DNA from: Hemiscyllium ocellatum
Lineage: Eukaryota
Length of the DNA stretch: 64,000 nucleotides
Reading direction: 5' to 3'
NCBI RefSeq assembly: GCF_020745735.1
Contig: NC_083417.1
Span: 64,480,001-64,544,000 of the forward strand
Shown here: one piece after another, positions 51,243 through 64,000 of the stretch
Layout of the letters: the number at the start of each line of letters is the position of its first letter
Position numbering within the stretch: the stretch's first letter is position 1
Notes under the pieces: generated by a model
Databases searched by the model: none
Told to the model about the DNA's origin: nothing
What the model saw: the letters and a program-made list of their open reading frames with translations, nothing else
Program-made: the position numbers and the translations under genes

Positions 51243-53402
51243 TTTGAGTGTTTTCTGAATCAGAATAGTAAATGGGACAAGTTGTGATTTAGTATGTTTT
51301 TTTCCTTGAACTGTCACTTGGACAAAGTGTGTTAAAATTAATACACTGCAGAATTTTCATTGTTCTTTTTTCTCCTCATTGTGTTTGCTGTTTCTTTAAT
51401 AGGTTTATTAAGGTTGTATCTTTGCATACAATCTGACACTTGTCAATACCTGCTTCTTTATTAAAGTACTTTGTCCTGGGCGTAAATATCAATTTGTTGT
51501 TGAGTAAAGGAGCTTTGCTGACTTGTTCTCAATGCTGAACATTTTACAGTCAATAAATTATATAATTGATGAAATCCAAACATGGGTGCATTTAAAAATG
51601 GTAATAACATTGGAAGATTAGGATTAGTAATATAAAATAGTTCACCTCTCCACAATCAGTCAGGACAATTTGAACTAGAAAATGTTTCAACTAAAAATGG
51701 AAATTGGTGATATAAGTTGAAGCGTTCACACGTTCTCATTTATATCAGGAAAGCGTTTCGAAAATTTCACAAAGACAAATGCAAAATGCAATGTCTGTCG
51801 GATGTGAATTGTAAATGTGTTTCTAATAACACAGAAATATAGTTGAGACAAGATTGCTACTATTCATCACTGGACACATTTTCAGTATACTGCAATACTC
51901 AAAATTAAATTTGCAATGCACAAAATTATTTTTAGAACGATGTGTTGATGCTCTTGAGCTGAATGACTGAGCCACATCCGTTATTTTGCTTGATTAGCAA
52001 CTCACAACTTCCAACATTAATTCTGTGGGTGGTTAAGGCAATAAGGTTAAAATGATGCAGCCTTTTGTAGAACTAATAGTTCACCCACACATTGACTTTT
52101 TATTTGCTTTGTTGTTTTTTTTAAAGGTGCACCACCACTTCAGTTAATGCATTATCACCTTTTCGATGTTGCAACAGTAAACTGCTATTGGAAAATCTAT
52201 TGTGGCAAAACAAATTACCATTAGTAGAGAGCTGTGCAAATTCTGTTCAAAGCCTCATGGACTCAAAACGGATTGTAGTTTATTCTCTCTGGTAGTATCT
52301 TTAAATTAACAGCAGATTAAATACATACAAAACATAGGTCGATTCCACCAATTCTTTATAATGACAAGTGACCTCAAATTTACTGGCTGTTGCAAGCAGA
52401 ATACATGAAGAATTATTAATGAGTTGAAAATGAGAAAAATTGAGGAACAGCACAGCTGAGACTATTTGAGTAGTTCTTTAAAAATGTCAGAACCCATAAA
52501 ATATTTAATATTTTGTGATGCCACATGGATAGTTATGCGCTCGATGGCTGTTAACATTTGCAAAAAAGAAATTGGCATCTCCATTCAGGAAATGCATGGA
52601 TTATTCCAACGACTTCACCTTCAACAATTTCATATTCAATAACATGAATGAGATTGGCAATTCCAATACAGCAAAGCACCAAAGAAATCAAAACACTCAC
52701 GTGGGAACATCACTCACCAGGAGAAAACAGCCAATGTTTGATTTGTAGTAGGTCGTGTGGATTCTGTATTTATTGAATTTAGACCTATGCCCAATAGAGC
52801 TAATGTTGTAGCATTACCCAGTCATAATTAGAGAAACGTAACGGCTGAATATAAATTTTAACAGACTCGGTGAGGTTTTGTTCAGAAAAACAGTTGAAAG
52901 AATTTTAACCAAATACTTGATTTTTTTTACTGTAGATAACATTCTGTGTTACGATATCAGTGTATTGTTACATCTCTGGTGGGTAGCATCACACGGTATG
53001 CAGAAGCCTGAGTTGACATAACAGATAAATGAAAGCAAAATTTCTTGTGGATGGGTGGTAGTTTTCCTACCGCTGTGCACGAAAGTTGGAGTAGGGTCCC
53101 AACTGCTTCAGTAGATGTCCATTTCGGAAAAGCTTGATTACAAAATATGGACACCAATCTCATGACGCTTGTATCTAAATGTATGTTCCCGATATGTATT
53201 GTTTCTATGTAGACCGTGCATTTCTTTCTATAAATGGACGTATTCTGAAATTTATCCTTCATTTTTCTCCATCCACGTTTTCTCTGTGCATACCATCTCA
53301 TCAAAGGCTAGTACTCGTTCAGTCTGCAAATCCAATGTTTGACAACATCACTAATTTATTACTTTAGGCGGTTTTTCAAAATAATTACCAGAAAAGTTAC
53401 CA

Positions 53403-55290
53403 AACGCCGATTTTCTGAACAGTGTTCAGAAAATTTCTGAATTTCCGATTTCCTGCAGTGAGCTAGGAAAGGTGAACAGATATACCTGGTGTTACTTGGG
53501 ATAGGTTGCATTTCAACCAAAGAGTTGGAAACTACATACAGCCCATCGGGGTTGTTCGCATTAGGTATACAAATCACGATTGCGTTCTCAATGTCATTTT
53601 TGGATCAGGTGATCGTGAGTTCCGACGGATGAAAGGCAGCTGTTTCACACGCGAGAATCAGAGACAACAGTGGAATTTATTTCGGGCGGCCTGCAGGCAA
53701 TCCACAGTGAGCTTGGGGTCGCTGAGGTGGAGAAAACAAACAAAGTTCTTACCGGATTTTAATGTGGGAAATTAAATATAATTCGGATTTATATTCGGTA
53801 GTTTTATGATTAGAACACCATTGGAAAGGGATACTTCTGTCATTTTAACGTTTCTCACATCATCTGCACCTATGAATTCAATGTAAACGCCAGCATGCAA
53901 TGAATTTCATAACAGTTGCATTTTCCTAGCTGCTATCAATTCGGAACAGGGATCACTGGAGTCGATAATTTAATTGTTTTCTCTACACCGAAACTGCCAG
54001 CCTTTCTGAGTTTCTCCAGCAACTTCTGCTTTTGCTTCAGATTTCCAGCATGCATATTTCTTTGTTTTAAATTTTGATAGCATCAAAATGGGCCAACAGT
54101 CGTCTATGTATTGGGAGAAGCACATTATTATAGATGATTTTCAATACCATATGGTTGCAATTTGTCCATAATTTCCTCAATCGGGTACATATTACATAAT
54201 GTACATAATGTACATAATAAGTATGTTATATTTGGAGTTCTAATCAATCTGATTAAACTTCATTTGTTTTCGAGTTTTGAGAAGATTTGTAGCTCAGATT
54301 GAGTTTCTGGATGTAGGTTTGCTCGCTGAGCTGGAAGGTTCGTTTTCATTTGTTTGTTTTGCTGTGAGTCCGGCTTTATTTGTCTACAACGACACCACGG
54401 AAGATGAAAGTACAATTTATCTGAAAATGTGCTGATAGTCATGCTTTTACTGACAAAAAACGCAACACAATAATCGCAAAAGCAAAACATAGTACAGCGG
54501 TTGCTGAAAATCTGAAACTAGCATGGACATGGTTGGAAAAACTCAGCAGGTCTGGCGGCATCTGTGGAAAGAAACAGATATGACTCTTCAACAGTGCTCA
54601 ATTCTGCTTCTCTCTCCATAGATCCACCATTTAAATCACAAAACAACACTAATTGCCTTTGATGTATTTACAACTGTTCGTCTTCCCGGTGTTTGTCACC
54701 TACCATTCCCGCGTCAGTGTGATCCGATCCTTGTTGGATTACTGTACAGTAAAAAAGTCCAAAATCTTGGAGAGTCACTTGCAGCAAGCATAGGAGAGCA
54801 CTCCCTTCATTGCTAACACCAAATTGCCTTCTGCTATTGCCGGTGATTAGGAATTAATTCTCGCCCTGTTTCCACCAATGCTCATTTATCAGGAAATCCT
54901 CCCCAGAGGTGGGAAAGAAGCAGATCAAGGCGATATTCTTCCTTCTGGGTGCAAATACTCCTTTAGGTTTTTGAATAACACCGAAAACAGCGTGTTCCTC
55001 AGCTGCCAGAAAATAGGGTCATAGATAATTTAATTGTACTGGGCAAAACATGCGGATCGAAGAGGGAGAAAAGATGCTATTTTGCGGAATTATATTTTGG
55101 TAAATAAATATGCAATAAATTTATTTAGGTAGGGTGCTGGTCAAAGAGGTATTTATCTGTGCAAATAATATCCCTGAGAATCAAGCATCGGAAAACCATA
55201 CTCGCTTTTCATTCTGAACACTAAATTTAATTGATACCTGTCAACACTAGCTGCGAGACTGCAACATTGAAAGATAACTTCCGGTTAGAG
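53403..55290 (-). pseudogene. Gene A copy 2: V-C1 IgSF receptor pseudogene (V about 54672-55002, C1 about 53403-53721)
   Basis: V reads ...LICFFPTSGEDFLINEHWWKQGEN*FLITGNSRRQFGVSNEGSALLCLLQVTLQDFGLFYC. TAA at 54854-54856, C1 Trp-to-TGA at 53605-53607, same +1 frameshift as copy 1. Confidence 0.87.
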
Positions 55291-56295
55291 TTCCATCACT
55301 TGTGAGTCTAATAACGTTTGTCTTCCTGTAACTGCGGCTTCTGCAAATTGGCTTCATTTGTTAGGCCTAATCTTTGCATTGACACTGAAAGACATGCGTT
55401 GTTGACAGGAGGGAGAAGATGCGACCTTTTCAAATGTCAAATTTCCCAACACTTAGGTGTTCAGTAACTAAACAAGGTGCGTCACATTAGTGCAACCAAT
55501 TGAACGTTTTGTTGAGCGTGTCAAACGATGCAGAGAAATTCGGAACGTGAAGCAATTAGATGCCGCTCTTAGTTCTTTTAGATAAACTTTTAAGAGAAAG
55601 TAGGAGACTATACATGCGACAGACGTCAGGTGAATAACTGAACTAAGAACCAGGTCGATAGAGATTCGAATAGGAACTGAAAAGGCAGATTAGAGAAACT
55701 GAAAGAAAGATTATGAGTGGTGAAAAGGCACACCAAAAAGCTTTTCCTGGCATTCACTGACTAAAGGCTGGAAAGAAATGGATTGTGGCCGAGCAGGGTC
55801 TAAAAAGCAGATGTAACAATTGAAGGGTAGGCATCGCTGAACTACTGAATGCCAATTTGTAAATGTCTCCTTGAAGAGAGTGCTGCCCTGCTCATGGCGA
55901 AATGGTGGATGTTTCGTGCGTTGAAGGTGTTTAAAATTGATATCAATGAAGCACTGAAAAGACTTTTTTATGTTGTGTTGATAAGGAATCGGGACTAGAT
56001 GAGATGCAAGCAATGTTACCAGGCCAAAGAGTGGCAATTGTGGGCTCACTGGCTGTTGTGAGATAACCGAAGGGACTCGATACAAATTAGTAGAAAATTG
56101 ATGGAGGAATTGATAGAATGGAGAACTGCCTCAGAAAGTTTCAAGAAACATCCTAAAAATTTGACTGATCTCTAGATATACAGTTCTGAACGGTTGTGAA
56201 AAAATCAAAAATGCCCACAGACGCATCAGTGCGTCTACACTTTTTGTTCTTTATACACTTCTGAAAAAAATAAGCTAAACTTGGCTTTTGCTTAT

Positions 56296-56613
56296 GGGTG
56301 GCACAGTGTTTAACACTGTTGCCTCACAGCGCCAGAGACTTGGGTTCAATTCCCGCCTCAGGCAACTGTCTGTGTTGAGTTTGCACATTCTCCCCGTGTC
56401 TGCGTGGGTTTCCTCCGGGTGTTCCGGTTTCCTCCCACAGTCCAAAAATGTACAGGCTAGGTGAATTGGCCATGCTGAATTGTGCGTAGTGTAAGGTGAA
56501 GGGGTAAATGTAGGGGAATGGGTCTGGGTGGATTGCTCTTCGGAGGGTCGGTGTGGCCGTGTTGGTCCGAAGGGCCTGTTTCCACACCGTAACTAATCTA
56601 AAAATAAAAAAAA
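56296..56613 (+). mobile_element. HE1-type SINE, duplicate of 12455-12768
   Basis: Same flanks and same private variants. Confidence 0.9.
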
Positions 56614-58066
56614 CTCTTCCACATCAAAATATCTGGTCCCTTGCCTTCAGTGACAGAATCCATTTCCCATCTTCGTTATTTGTCCTTTTCGATTACAAGA
56701 CCATGATGTGACATTGTATTTAACCTGTTATCTGTTATTATCAGGAAAACTACACCCTCCTCAGATCAGCATTGTCCCCTGCCAGCTTTGTTGATGGCAT
56801 ATACCCTAAAAAGTCGTTGGTCCTAAAACGTTTTACAACACCAGCAAGACTGAATAAAGTTTAAATTCGATGTAGCCATGAAACTTCAAGCATTAATCTC
56901 TTCAGTTTTCTCCCTTTCGCCCAAGAATACAATATGCTTCCAATGCCGCCATAAAGTTATACACAGAAACATCCCGCCCCAACTGGATGGTCAGTGCTAA
57001 ATCTGGCTTCTCTCAAAGGGCAGTGTGACGGACTTCGTACTCTCCTTTATTTCCTAAATTGGAGGTGTGTGCACCCTAGCTAGACAGTAGGTTCGCAGAT
57101 CAGGATTACTTTCTGAACCTAAGTAGCTGTGGTCACCACATCAACTTTCATAGTACCTCTCCTGCAGTGCAGGCAAAAATCTACTGATGTGAAAACGGTA
57201 ACGATCAGTTGAACCACATTGGAAGCAATTCCAATCCATGGGTGAACATTCAACAAAAGACTCCATTCCCAAATAGATACCATCATGTCACATTCAATCC
57301 TTCATTTAAGTCTGTCTCCAGCCACTTGGACAACTGTTGGACGGGAAGTCTCTGCTCCATTTTCACCTGAGACTCGCTTGGTCGGATTTAGTAAATGGTT
57401 TAACAGTTCAAGGATTCGCTTCCCCTCGGGAAACAGGTCTCTCAGAGTACTGTTTCGTTTGAGGTTGGCTGATACAATCAGCACCTGGGCAGAGCCATCA
57501 ATATTTTCTATCCACCTTATTAAGAATGCTTGTTAACACCACTTGAGCAGGGAGGGCTTGAACCCAAAGAGCTACTGAAGGCCTTTTTAGTTTTGAACAT
57601 GCACACCAGCTGCTCTCCTGCGATTTGAACCAAGTCGCCACACCCTCAACGTTACTACTTCAGTCACATTGCCATTCCACCACCCTCTTCCCAGCTACAC
57701 ACCCTGATCACTGAGAACAATTTTCTGTTACTTTTATTATTTTAATCAAAATGCTCAGGGATGTTATAACACACTTGCAGAACATGTGGAACATGAACCC
57801 TTCCCCAATTCTCCACTCAGAAGTACCAGAAGTGATTAAGGTTAAGAGTAGACAGGGAGCAGATGATGAATGCAAAGGGCCGGTGGTCCGAGGTGCATTT
57901 GTTTTAGTGTGAGAAGTGTAGTGGGTAAGGTAGATGATCCAAGGTTTGGATTCATAGTGGAACACTACCACTGCACCATATATTATGAAATTTCCAATTA
58001 CTGCTGTTGCCTTGAGATTGAATCAGAAGTTTGAGTTAATGACTGAAAAGTGATGATCAGCATATT

Positions 58067-59497
58067 AGAACATAGAACATAGAAAAATACAGTGCAGTAC
58101 AGGCCCTTCGGCCCTCGATGTTGCGCCGATCCAAGCCCAACTAACTTACACTAGCCCACTTTCTTCCATATGCCTATCCAATGCCCATTTAAATGCCCAT
58201 AAAGAGGGAGAGTCCACCACTGCTACTGGCAGGGCATTCCATGAACTCATGACTCGCTGACTAAAGAATCTACCCCTAACGTCTGTCCTATATCTAACAC
58301 CCCTTAATTTAAAGCTATGCCCCCTCATAATATCTGACTCCATACGTGGAAAATGGTTCTCATGGTCAACCCTATCTAAACCCCTAATCATCTTGTACAC
58401 CTCTATCAAGTCACCCCTAAACCTTCTTTTCTCCAATGAAAACAGCCCCAAGTGCCTCAGCCTTTCCTCATACAATCTTCCAACCATACCAGGCAACATC
58501 CTGGTAAACCTCCTCTGCACCCATTCCAGTGCCTCCACATCCTTCCTATAGTATGGTGACCAAAACTGCACACAATGCTTCAGATGCAGCAGCACCAGAG
58601 TCTTATACAACTGCAACATGACCTCAGGACTCTGGAACTCAATTCATCTACCAATAAAAGCCAATACACCATATGCCTTCTTCACAGCACTATTTACCTG
58701 GGTGGCAACTTTCAGAGATCTGTGCACATGGACACCAAGATCCCTCTGCTCATCCACATTACCAAGTATCTGACGATTAGCCCAGTACTCCATCTTCTTG
58801 TTACTCTTACCAAAATGAATCACTTCACACTTAGTTACATTGAACTCCATTTGCCAGATTTCTGCCCAGCTCTGCAGCTTATCTATATCCCGCTGTAATC
58901 TGCCACATCCTTCCTCACTGTCAACAACTCCACCGACTTTCATATCATCCGCAAACTTGCTCACCCAGCCTTCTAGCCACTCCTCCAGGTCATTTATAAA
59001 AATGACAAACAGCAATGATCCCAAAACAGATCCTTGCGGAACACCGCTGGTAACTGCACTCCAAGATGAACCTTTACCATCAACTACTACCCTCTGTCTT
59101 CTTCCAGCCAGCCGATTCCTAATCCAAACCTCCAACTCCCCCTCAATGCCATACCTCCATATTTTTTGCAGTAGCCTACCACGGGGAAACTTATCAAACG
59201 CCTTACTAAAATCCATATACACCACATCAACCACTTTACCTTCATCCACCTCCTTAGTCACCTTCTCAAAGAATTTAATAAGGTTTGTGTGGCACGACCA
59301 GCCCTTCACAAAACCATGCTGACTATCCTTGATCACGTTATTCCTATCCAGATGTTCATAAATCCTATCCCTTACAATTCTCTCTAAGACTTTGCCCACA
59401 ACAGAGGTAAGACTCACCAGCCTATAGTTACTAGGGTTATCCCTACTCCCCTTCTTGAACAAGAGAACCACATTTGCTATCCTCCAGTCTTCACCAC
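58067..59497 (-). mobile_element. Young 5'-truncated CR1, present only in copy 2
   Basis: RT frame 59471-58146 broken by only one TGA at 58644; (TTCTATG)n 3' tail; empty site in copy 1 near 13666. Confidence 0.92.
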
Positions 59498-61249
59498 GTT
59501 TGCTATCCTCCAGTCTTCACCACCAAGGCTTATCTCTACCATGATATGCCACCTACGTGGTTGTTTTGAGATAAAGTTAAGCAATGGAGTCCCAGCCAGC
59601 AATACAGAGGTCCCACTGGTGGATAAAAACAAAACTCTACATGAAAGATCAGCTGTAGTAAAAAGTAAAAGAAGTCAGAGTCGTGGTCATACAATTATAC
59701 AGCACAGAAACAGACCCTTTGATCCAACTCATCCATGCTGACTCATTATCCTAAACTAATCTACCTGAATGCTAGCATTTGGCCCATGTACCTCTGAACT
59801 CGTCCTATTCCTGTATCCATCCAGATGAATTTTATGTGTTGTAATTATAGCAGTCTCCATTACTTCCTCTGGCAGCTTGTTCCATATGCACACCATCCTC
59901 TGTGTTAAAACTTTGCCCCTGAGTCCCCTTTTAAACCTTTCCCCTTTCACCTCAAACTAACGGCCTCTAGTTTTGGCCTTCCCTGACCTGGGAAAAATAC
60001 CTTGGCTATTCATCCTATCCAAGCCGCTCATAATTTTATAAATCTCTATAAGGTTACCCCTCAGCCTCCGATGGTCCGCAGGGAAAAGCACCTGCCTATT
60101 CAGCCTCTCCTTGTTGCTCAATCCCTCCATCCTGACAACATGCTTATGAATCCTTTCTGCACCCATTAACAATGTCTTTCCTACAGCAGGGAGATTAGAA
60201 TTAACACAGTATCGTATAAGTGGACTAACCAGCGTCCTTTACAGCAGGTTTCTCCCTCATCAAAGACTGAATACTGTTGGTGAGTTTCATTTGAATGTTA
60301 TCAGGCTCAAGTGGGTGACACTAAAAGTGAACCACGTCAGAAAGTTCAGACTTCCATGAAAAGTAGAAAGTCATGAGCAGATGAGGCAGCAAAGTGGACA
60401 GCAGGGTTTACATTCCCGGAAAAGGTAGCAACATGGTCTAATGGTCTAAAGGAGAATAATAGGCAGAAAACACATAAGGAGACATACAAAGTCAAATTGG
60501 AGCAGTAAGAGAAAACAGAGAATGGAAAAAGTTAAATGCAGGGACTGCTTCCACCAGGACACTTTTGGTCCACTCCTCCTCCATTCCAAATGCTCTCCAT
60601 TCCCGCATTGCACCTCCCTATGCAGTCACAGAATGTATAACACCTGCCCATTTACATCTTCCCTCCTCACTTTCCAAGGCCCCAGACTCACCTTCCATGT
60701 GAGACAGTGACTTACCTGCACTTCACTCAATTCAGTCGACTAAATTCATCACTCACAATGTGGTCTCCTCTAGATTAGGGAGACAAAATTTAGACTGGGC
60801 AGTTACTCTGTGTAACACCTATGTTGTGTCAGTTAACAATTTCCTGAGCTGTCGGCAATTCAACACATGACCAAGCTAGAAGAACTACTGGGGACTCAAT
60901 ATCGAGTTCAATAATTTTCATGAGTTACTTGCATGTCCGTTGCCCATGCCCAGACTCCAAGCCATGTCATGACATGCTTGCTTACAGCACAACCAATCTA
61001 TTTTGTTTTTTGTTAATTGAACAAATGTTTCTAATGAACCTGTTCATAGGTGTTATTGCACAGCTCTGCAGCAGGTGGACTTGAATATGGGTTTCCAAGT
61101 CCAAGGGTTGAGACATTATCATTTTTCCACAAGGGGGCCCTTGGCAAACCTATTTTCACCGATTTAAGTTCCTCCTTATCAGCTTTCTCCTTTCCTGGCA
61201 TACCATTGGGACCAGTTCTGGGGGAGGTGGGACTATTAGAAATTGGATG

Positions 61250-64000
61250 GTCAGCACCCGGGCTAGACTGGAACCAATATTCTTGAGGTTGTTTTTGCTA
61301 ATGCTGTTGGGGGGAATTTAAACTTATGTGGCAACTGGATGGGAACCAAATGCGGAGGTTAGTGGAAAATAAGGAGGTATGAACCAAAGCGAGGAAGGAA
61401 CTAGATAATGAAGTCAGCGTGATTAAGGTTAAGAGTAGACAGGGAGCAGATGATGAATGCAAAGGTACGGTGGTCCAAGGTACATTTGTTTAGTGTGAGA
61501 AGTGTAGTGAGTAAGGCAGATGATCCAAGGTTTTGATTCATATCTGGGAGTATGATATTAATGATATTATTGAGACGTGGTTGAGGGAAGGACATGATTG
61601 GCAATTAAATATCCCAGGATATCAGTGCTTCGGGAGGAATACAGAAGGAGTTAAAAAGAGTGGAAGAGTTGCATTACTGGTCAGAGAGGATATCATAGCT
61701 GTGCTGAAGGAGGGCACTATGGAGGACTCGAGCAGTGAGGCAATATGGATAGAGTTCAGAAATTGGAAGAGTGCAGTAACAATTTTGGGGTTGTACTACA
61801 GGCCTCCCAACAGTGAAGGTGAGATAGAGGTACAAATATGTAAACAGATTATGGAAAGATGTAGGAGCAACAGGGTGGAAGTGATAGGCAATTTTATTTT
61901 TCCCAACATTGACTGTGGTCCACTTAGTGTTAGAGGTATAGATTGAGCAGAATTTTTAAGGAGCATCCAACTTAATAGAGTTCTTCAAGGAAGTGACCAA
62001 GTTGTTGGATGAAGGAAGGGCTGTTGATGTCATATACATAGACTTCAGTAAGGCATTTGATAAGGTTCCCCATTGTAGACTAATAGAGAAAGTGAAGTCA
62101 CATGGTGTGCAGGGTGTTCTAGTTAGGTGGATAAAGATCTGGTTGAGCAACAGGAGACAGGGAGTAATAGCTGACGGGAGTTTCTTGAAATGGAGAAAGT
62201 TGACCAGTAGTGTTCCACAGGGGTCAGTATTGGGGCCACTGTTGTTTGTGATATACATAAATGATCTAGAAGAGGGCACTGTTGGTATGATCAGCAAGTT
62301 TGCAGATGACACAAAGTTGGTGGAGTAGCAGAAAGCATAAGGGACTGTCAAAGAATACAAGAAGTTATAGATAGACTGGAGAGTTGGACAGAAAAGTGGC
62401 AGATGGCTTTCAATCAAGAAACTTTTTGTGAGGCAAGTCTAATTCTTGAATGGAAGAGCCTTGGGAAAAATTGATGGGCAGAGAGATCTGGGAGTGCAGA
62501 TCCATTGTATCCTGAAGGTGGCTACACAGGTGGATAGAGTGGTCAAGAAGGCATATAGTATGCTTGCCTACATTGGACAGGGTATTGAGTATAAGAGCTG
62601 GCAAGTCATGTTAAAATTGTACAAGACATCGATTTGGCCACATTTAGAATACCGTGTACAGTTCTGGTCGCCACATTACCAAAAGGATGTGGACACTTTG
62701 GAGAGGGTGCAGAGAACGTTTATGAGGATGTTGCCTGGTATGGATGGTGCTAGCTATGAAGAGAGGTTGAGTAGGTTAGGTTTATTTTCACTAGAAAAAA
62801 GGAGATTGAGGGGAAACCTGATTGAGGTTCATAAAATCATGAAGGGGATAGAGAAAAGCTTTTTCCCAGGGGGAAGGATTCAATAATGAAAGGTCAAGGT
62901 GAGAGTGGAAGGTTTAAGGGGGATACACGTGGCAAGTACTTCACACAGAGGGTGGTGGGCGTTTGAAACATGTTGCCAGCAGAGGTGGGAGAGACAGGCA
63001 TAGTAGATTCATTTAAGATGTGTCTGGACAGATGCATGAGTATGTGGGGAGCTGAGGGATACAAATGCTTAGGAATTGACCATCAGGTTTAGACAGAACA
63101 TTTGGATCTGCTCAGGCTTGGAGGGCCAAAGGGCCAGTTCCTGAGCTGTACATTTTCTTTGTTCTTTGTTCTTTCTTCATCCAGGAGGGTTTTCTAAAGC
63201 AGTATGTAAAGAGTCCGACTCGGGAAGGGGCACACTAGACCTATGTGTTGGGGAATGAGCCTGACCAGGTGGTTGAAATTTCAGGAAGGGTTTACTTTGG
63301 GAACAGTGATCACAATTCCGTAAGTTTTAGAATACTCATGGACAAAGACGAGACTGGTCCCAAAGGAAGAGTGCTAAATTGGGGTAAGGCCAACTATACC
63401 ATAATTCAGCAGGAGCTGTGAGATGTAGATTGGAAGCAGCTATTTGAAGGTAAATCCACATTTGGTATGTGGCAGACTTTAAAAGAAAGGTTGTTTAAAC
63501 TACAAGAGACACATTTCCCTTGAAAATGAGGGATAGAGATGGCAAGAGTAGGGAACCATGGATGATAGGTGAAATTGTGAGACTAGCTAAGAAAAAACAG
63601 GAAGCATACATAAGGTCTAGATGACTAAAGACGGACGAAGCTTTGAAAGAATATTGGGAATGTAGGATTAATCTGAAATGAGGTATTAAGAGGGCTAAAT
63701 GGGGGCATGAGATATCTTTAGCAAATTGGGTTAAGGAAAATCCCAAAGCCTTTTATTCATATATAAGGAGCAAGAGGGTAACTAGAGAAAGGGTTGATCC
63801 TCTCAAGGACAAAGGAGAAAAGTTATTTGTGGAGTCAGGGAAAATGGGTGAGATTCTTAATGAGCCATTTGCATCAGCATCCACCGAGGAGAGAAACATG
63901 ACAGATGTTGAGGGTAGGCATAGATGTTTGATTACTCCAGGTCAAGTCAGCATAAGAAGGGAGGAAGTGTTGGGTATTCTAAAATGCATTAAGGTGGACA
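61250..64000 (+). mobile_element. Duplicate of the CR1 pair at 15420-18148
   Basis: Collinear, same internal deletion between EN and RT. Confidence 0.9.

Larger units (their letters stand above)
42465..64000 (+). repeat. Segmental duplication, copy 2 (runs off the window end)
   Basis: Collinear with copy 1; 8 differences in a 120-bp sample (9721-9840 vs 53467-53586); carries copy-specific indels. Confidence 0.95.

Noticed and set aside
1-64000. CRISPR arrays, operons, rRNA or other prokaryotic systems
   Set aside because: No regularly spaced repeats, gene-dense blocks or rRNA signatures; the DNA is vertebrate and intron-containing.

Overview
Eukaryotic, repeat-dense vertebrate DNA. CR1/HER1-type LINEs, HE1-type V-SINEs and Penelope-like elements (PLEs) point to a cartilaginous fish, probably a shark (inferred from the repeats only). 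The main non-repeat content, read by hand from splice sites, is a minus-strand cluster of non-rearranging Ig-superfamily receptor genes. Gene B (40537-35965) looks intact: leader, compact V domain with a germline J-like G strand, C1 domain, neutral TM and a SIRP-alpha-like tail, about 349 aa predicted. It has a GC splice donor after C1, and the two ITIM/ITSM-position tyrosines read as Asn and Cys. A paralogous V-C1 pseudogene (gene A) occurs twice (about 9.66-11.55 kb and 53.4-55.3 kb) inside a segmental duplication (853-18148 vs 42465-64000, period about 42-46 kb, roughly 7-12% diverged by eye). Both copies share the same disabling lesions. Also present: a nearly intact Penelope element (3020-5949; RT plus GIY-YIG, direct pLTRs, one homopolymer frameshift) with a hammerhead ribozyme, an inverted PLE insertion with a 13-bp TSD, several template-switch scars and a 128-N assembly gap. 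Everything is from manual reading; no database search was run.
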